This document shows positions 53,897 through 64,000 of a DNA stretch of 64,000 nucleotides, piece after piece. The position numbers were made by a program, and so were the translations under genes. Below the pieces are notes generated by a model. The model had not been told where the DNA came from, searched no databases, and saw nothing but the letters and a program-made list of their open reading frames with translations. How positions within the stretch are numbered: position 1 is the first letter of the stretch; each line of letters starts with the position of its first letter. Origin of the DNA: Tubulanus polymorphus (Eukaryota; Animalia; Nemertea); contig NC_134032.1 of assembly GCF_964204645.1 (NCBI RefSeq), forward strand, positions 13,256,275 to 13,320,274. Direction: 5' to 3'.

Positions 53897-54475
53897 CAGT
53901 TGATAGTTTAGACTCAGCAAAATCAGTTCGTTTTCAGAGATTTTATCCTAAATCAAACGTAAACAGTGACTAGATTTAGAGCCGCCATCACACGGAGATG
54001 TGAGATAGAGTTAAACACCGCCATCGCACGAGCCTTTTTCGCCCGGGCCATATTTTTGACCAGTGCCCGGAACAAGTGTTCACACGGCTACTAATAGGTC
54101 CGGCCCAACAAGACCTAATCAGAAAGAAATCTTTCTTGTGAAAGGATTTCGAACAATTAATCGGGCATGTGTGTAAACGCACTTTCGAATCAACGTAGAA
54201 GTTCCTATTGTAAAAAGCGGCTTAGCGTAAGAAGTGTGACCGAGGCGCTTGTACAAGCCCGATTGCCCGATTAACACGGTACATCGTACTGTTAGAAGGA
54301 ATCAGTTCGTTGCGACTATCGCCGATCCGTGAATTCTTGGCTTATGAATTTTATCAGAGTGAAACCGTTAAGACAGCCGCATTGCCCACTATATCTGGCT
54401 AGTTTCGCGTTCGTCTTAGAGCTAGATAGCTGAAATATCGAGAACGTTACGGGACCCCGTTTTTATAGTTAAAAC

Positions 54476-62113
<7,638 letters not shown>

Positions 62114-63267
62114 CTGATACGTATAAAAATTGACTGAATATTGTATCATCGTTGTTATTGCCCGAAGCAAGCAATGCGCAAGAGAAACGAAATTCATTCG
62201 AAGTAGACATAAAAGATTTGTTGTTGAAGTTCAAGGTCGTACGATGATATGGTTAACCGTCGCGCGCCATCGATCGATGGCGTCACAACGAGCTGTGCCG
62301 GATTTAGAAAATGTGTGAAACTTTTATCTATCGCTAGAAGGCAATGTCATAGGAGGGAGCCATCTTTCACGGAAGGAAACTTCACACAATGCCTGTAGAG
62401 TCTTGAGTCGGGCCCGGTTCCACTGTTGTGTCTCAATAGTCAAATCATTCGAAAACGAACTGGGTCAGAGTTAACTCTAAATGACTCACACCTGTGGGAC
62501 AGGTACTTGCTGGATATGTGGTTTAATCAATTGAAATAGGTAGACAGGTTAATAGATATTTCATATTCATTGGAATATTTGACTGAATATGTCGAATTTG
62601 CAACATTAGTATGTTAATTAAACCACTTATAGAAATGTTGGCACTGGTGTCACATATTATTATTGATTATTATTAATGATGTACGATGTATTTTCTTCCA
62701 TTCCACTCTTTTCATTCCATTTGTAAGAAAGGTGATTACCAAAAGTGCGTGTAAAAAATGTATATTCGTGGGGCATATATATCCTCGAAATGGGTTGAAA
62801 ATCGTGTATTTCTTAAATTCTGGCGCCCAGTTAAGTCACTGTACTCATCACTTATGTATAAGTCTAAAAATGTCGTAAATCGTAAGGCCTGTCAAGATTA
62901 GTCTATGACCGGTCTGGATGAAATCTGAGCCTTGACAGTGCAACTTGCAGGCTGTTGGTCCCGAAAGGCGCAAGCAAATGTTTCAGTTGGTTTTTTTAAA
63001 TGCCGGGTGCCCGTATCATTAGTACGTTGTACTTTTGATTCGTTTTTATTTACAGAGAGTATAAGGGTTTTCATTGGCAAATCGGACCAGAATCCACCGA
63101 CTTTATTTTAACGATTTTTCATAGATTTTTATGTTCATCATTTTACAACAAATGTAGTTTATCAAATTTCGTTTTTTAAGAATTTCGATCGAGTGTCAAA
63201 TTTGCCTTTTGTTTGTTTATATTTGCGACGGTGAAGTCACGCGAAGGTTATTTACATTCTTAATCGA

Positions 63268-63293
63268 AATAAAACACGAATTGGATCGAATAA
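63268..63293 (+). terminator. Candidate polyadenylation signals of the ZnT 3' UTR
   Basis: Two AATAAA hexamers ~1.15 kb after the stop, followed by a T-rich tract. Position and motif only. Confidence 0.3.
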
Positions 63294-64000
63294 AATGTTT
63301 CAGTTGAAATTTTAATCACGACGATAAGAATCCTAGTTTCTTTTTTTTTTTTATTTTCCAAATTATGAAATGCTGTTAGAGAGAACTAAGATTAGCATTT
63401 TTTTAAATGCCTATTTTTTTAGAAAGAAAAGTCCTGATTTCTTGTTAAAGATAATTTGCACGGCAATGGAGAATGTCTTTCTTTTAGTAAAACGTAGCCA
63501 TTTTGTACATGAATATTAAACATTACTTTTCATTTATCGTGGAGATGTTCTACGGAGCACTGCACCGCTACTGTGGCAAGTGAGGATCCGCCAAGTTGGC
63601 CAGTCGTTTACTCGGGCTTAATTTCGATTAACAAATATGAATGTGCTTTTGCCGAAAAGTAAATCGAGTTACGTATAAAGGAAGTACTATACCAAGCCCC
63701 TAATTGACAACCTGTTTGGATTCGGGAGCCTAAATGGGGTGAAAATGGCTACGTAAAAGAAAGATATTTATTTCACTCCAACCGTAGGAATAGTAATAAC
63801 TACGTGAATGTAAAATGACTGTAAAATCGCACCATCTGGTGTATGCGGGTATAAACCCTATTGAAAAAGTAGCCGTACCCGTGAAGCTTTGTAGGTAAAC
63901 TTGATTTCATCAGTGATTTCATCAAAAATACTTCGTTTTGCTTTAATCATTGCTTCAGTAGCTTCGTCAGTTCAATTTAATGCTTCGCACTACAATATGT

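Overview
This is eukaryotic DNA, from an invertebrate animal by appearance: AT-rich, intron-rich, with CpG not obviously depleted. It is not prokaryotic, and nearly all ORFs in the supplied track are spurious. The one clear gene is a spliced + strand SLC30/CDF zinc transporter of the ZnT2/3/8 (SLC30A2-like) group. I reconstructed eight shared coding exons (56799-62113) by hand; all have GT-AG junctions and consistent phases. Three phase-compatible candidate first coding exons lie at 10318-10514, 52749-52807 and 54476-54516, so much of the window may be one ~46 kb first intron. A tight cluster of MTF-1 metal-response element cores lies upstream of the 52.7 kb exon. The rest is repeat-rich. It holds several PIF/Harbinger-type MITE families with 3-bp TSDs, often nested, and four Penelope-like inverted insertions carrying hammerhead-ribozyme cores (11-14 bp TSDs at three of them). 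It also holds CR1 and RTE-X-like LINE remnants, tRNA-derived SINEs and long microsatellites. A 39-bp minisatellite matches the terminus of a local MITE and occurs in ten arrays, all in the same orientation. All calls are by eye, and repeat boundaries are approximate unless a TSD fixes them.
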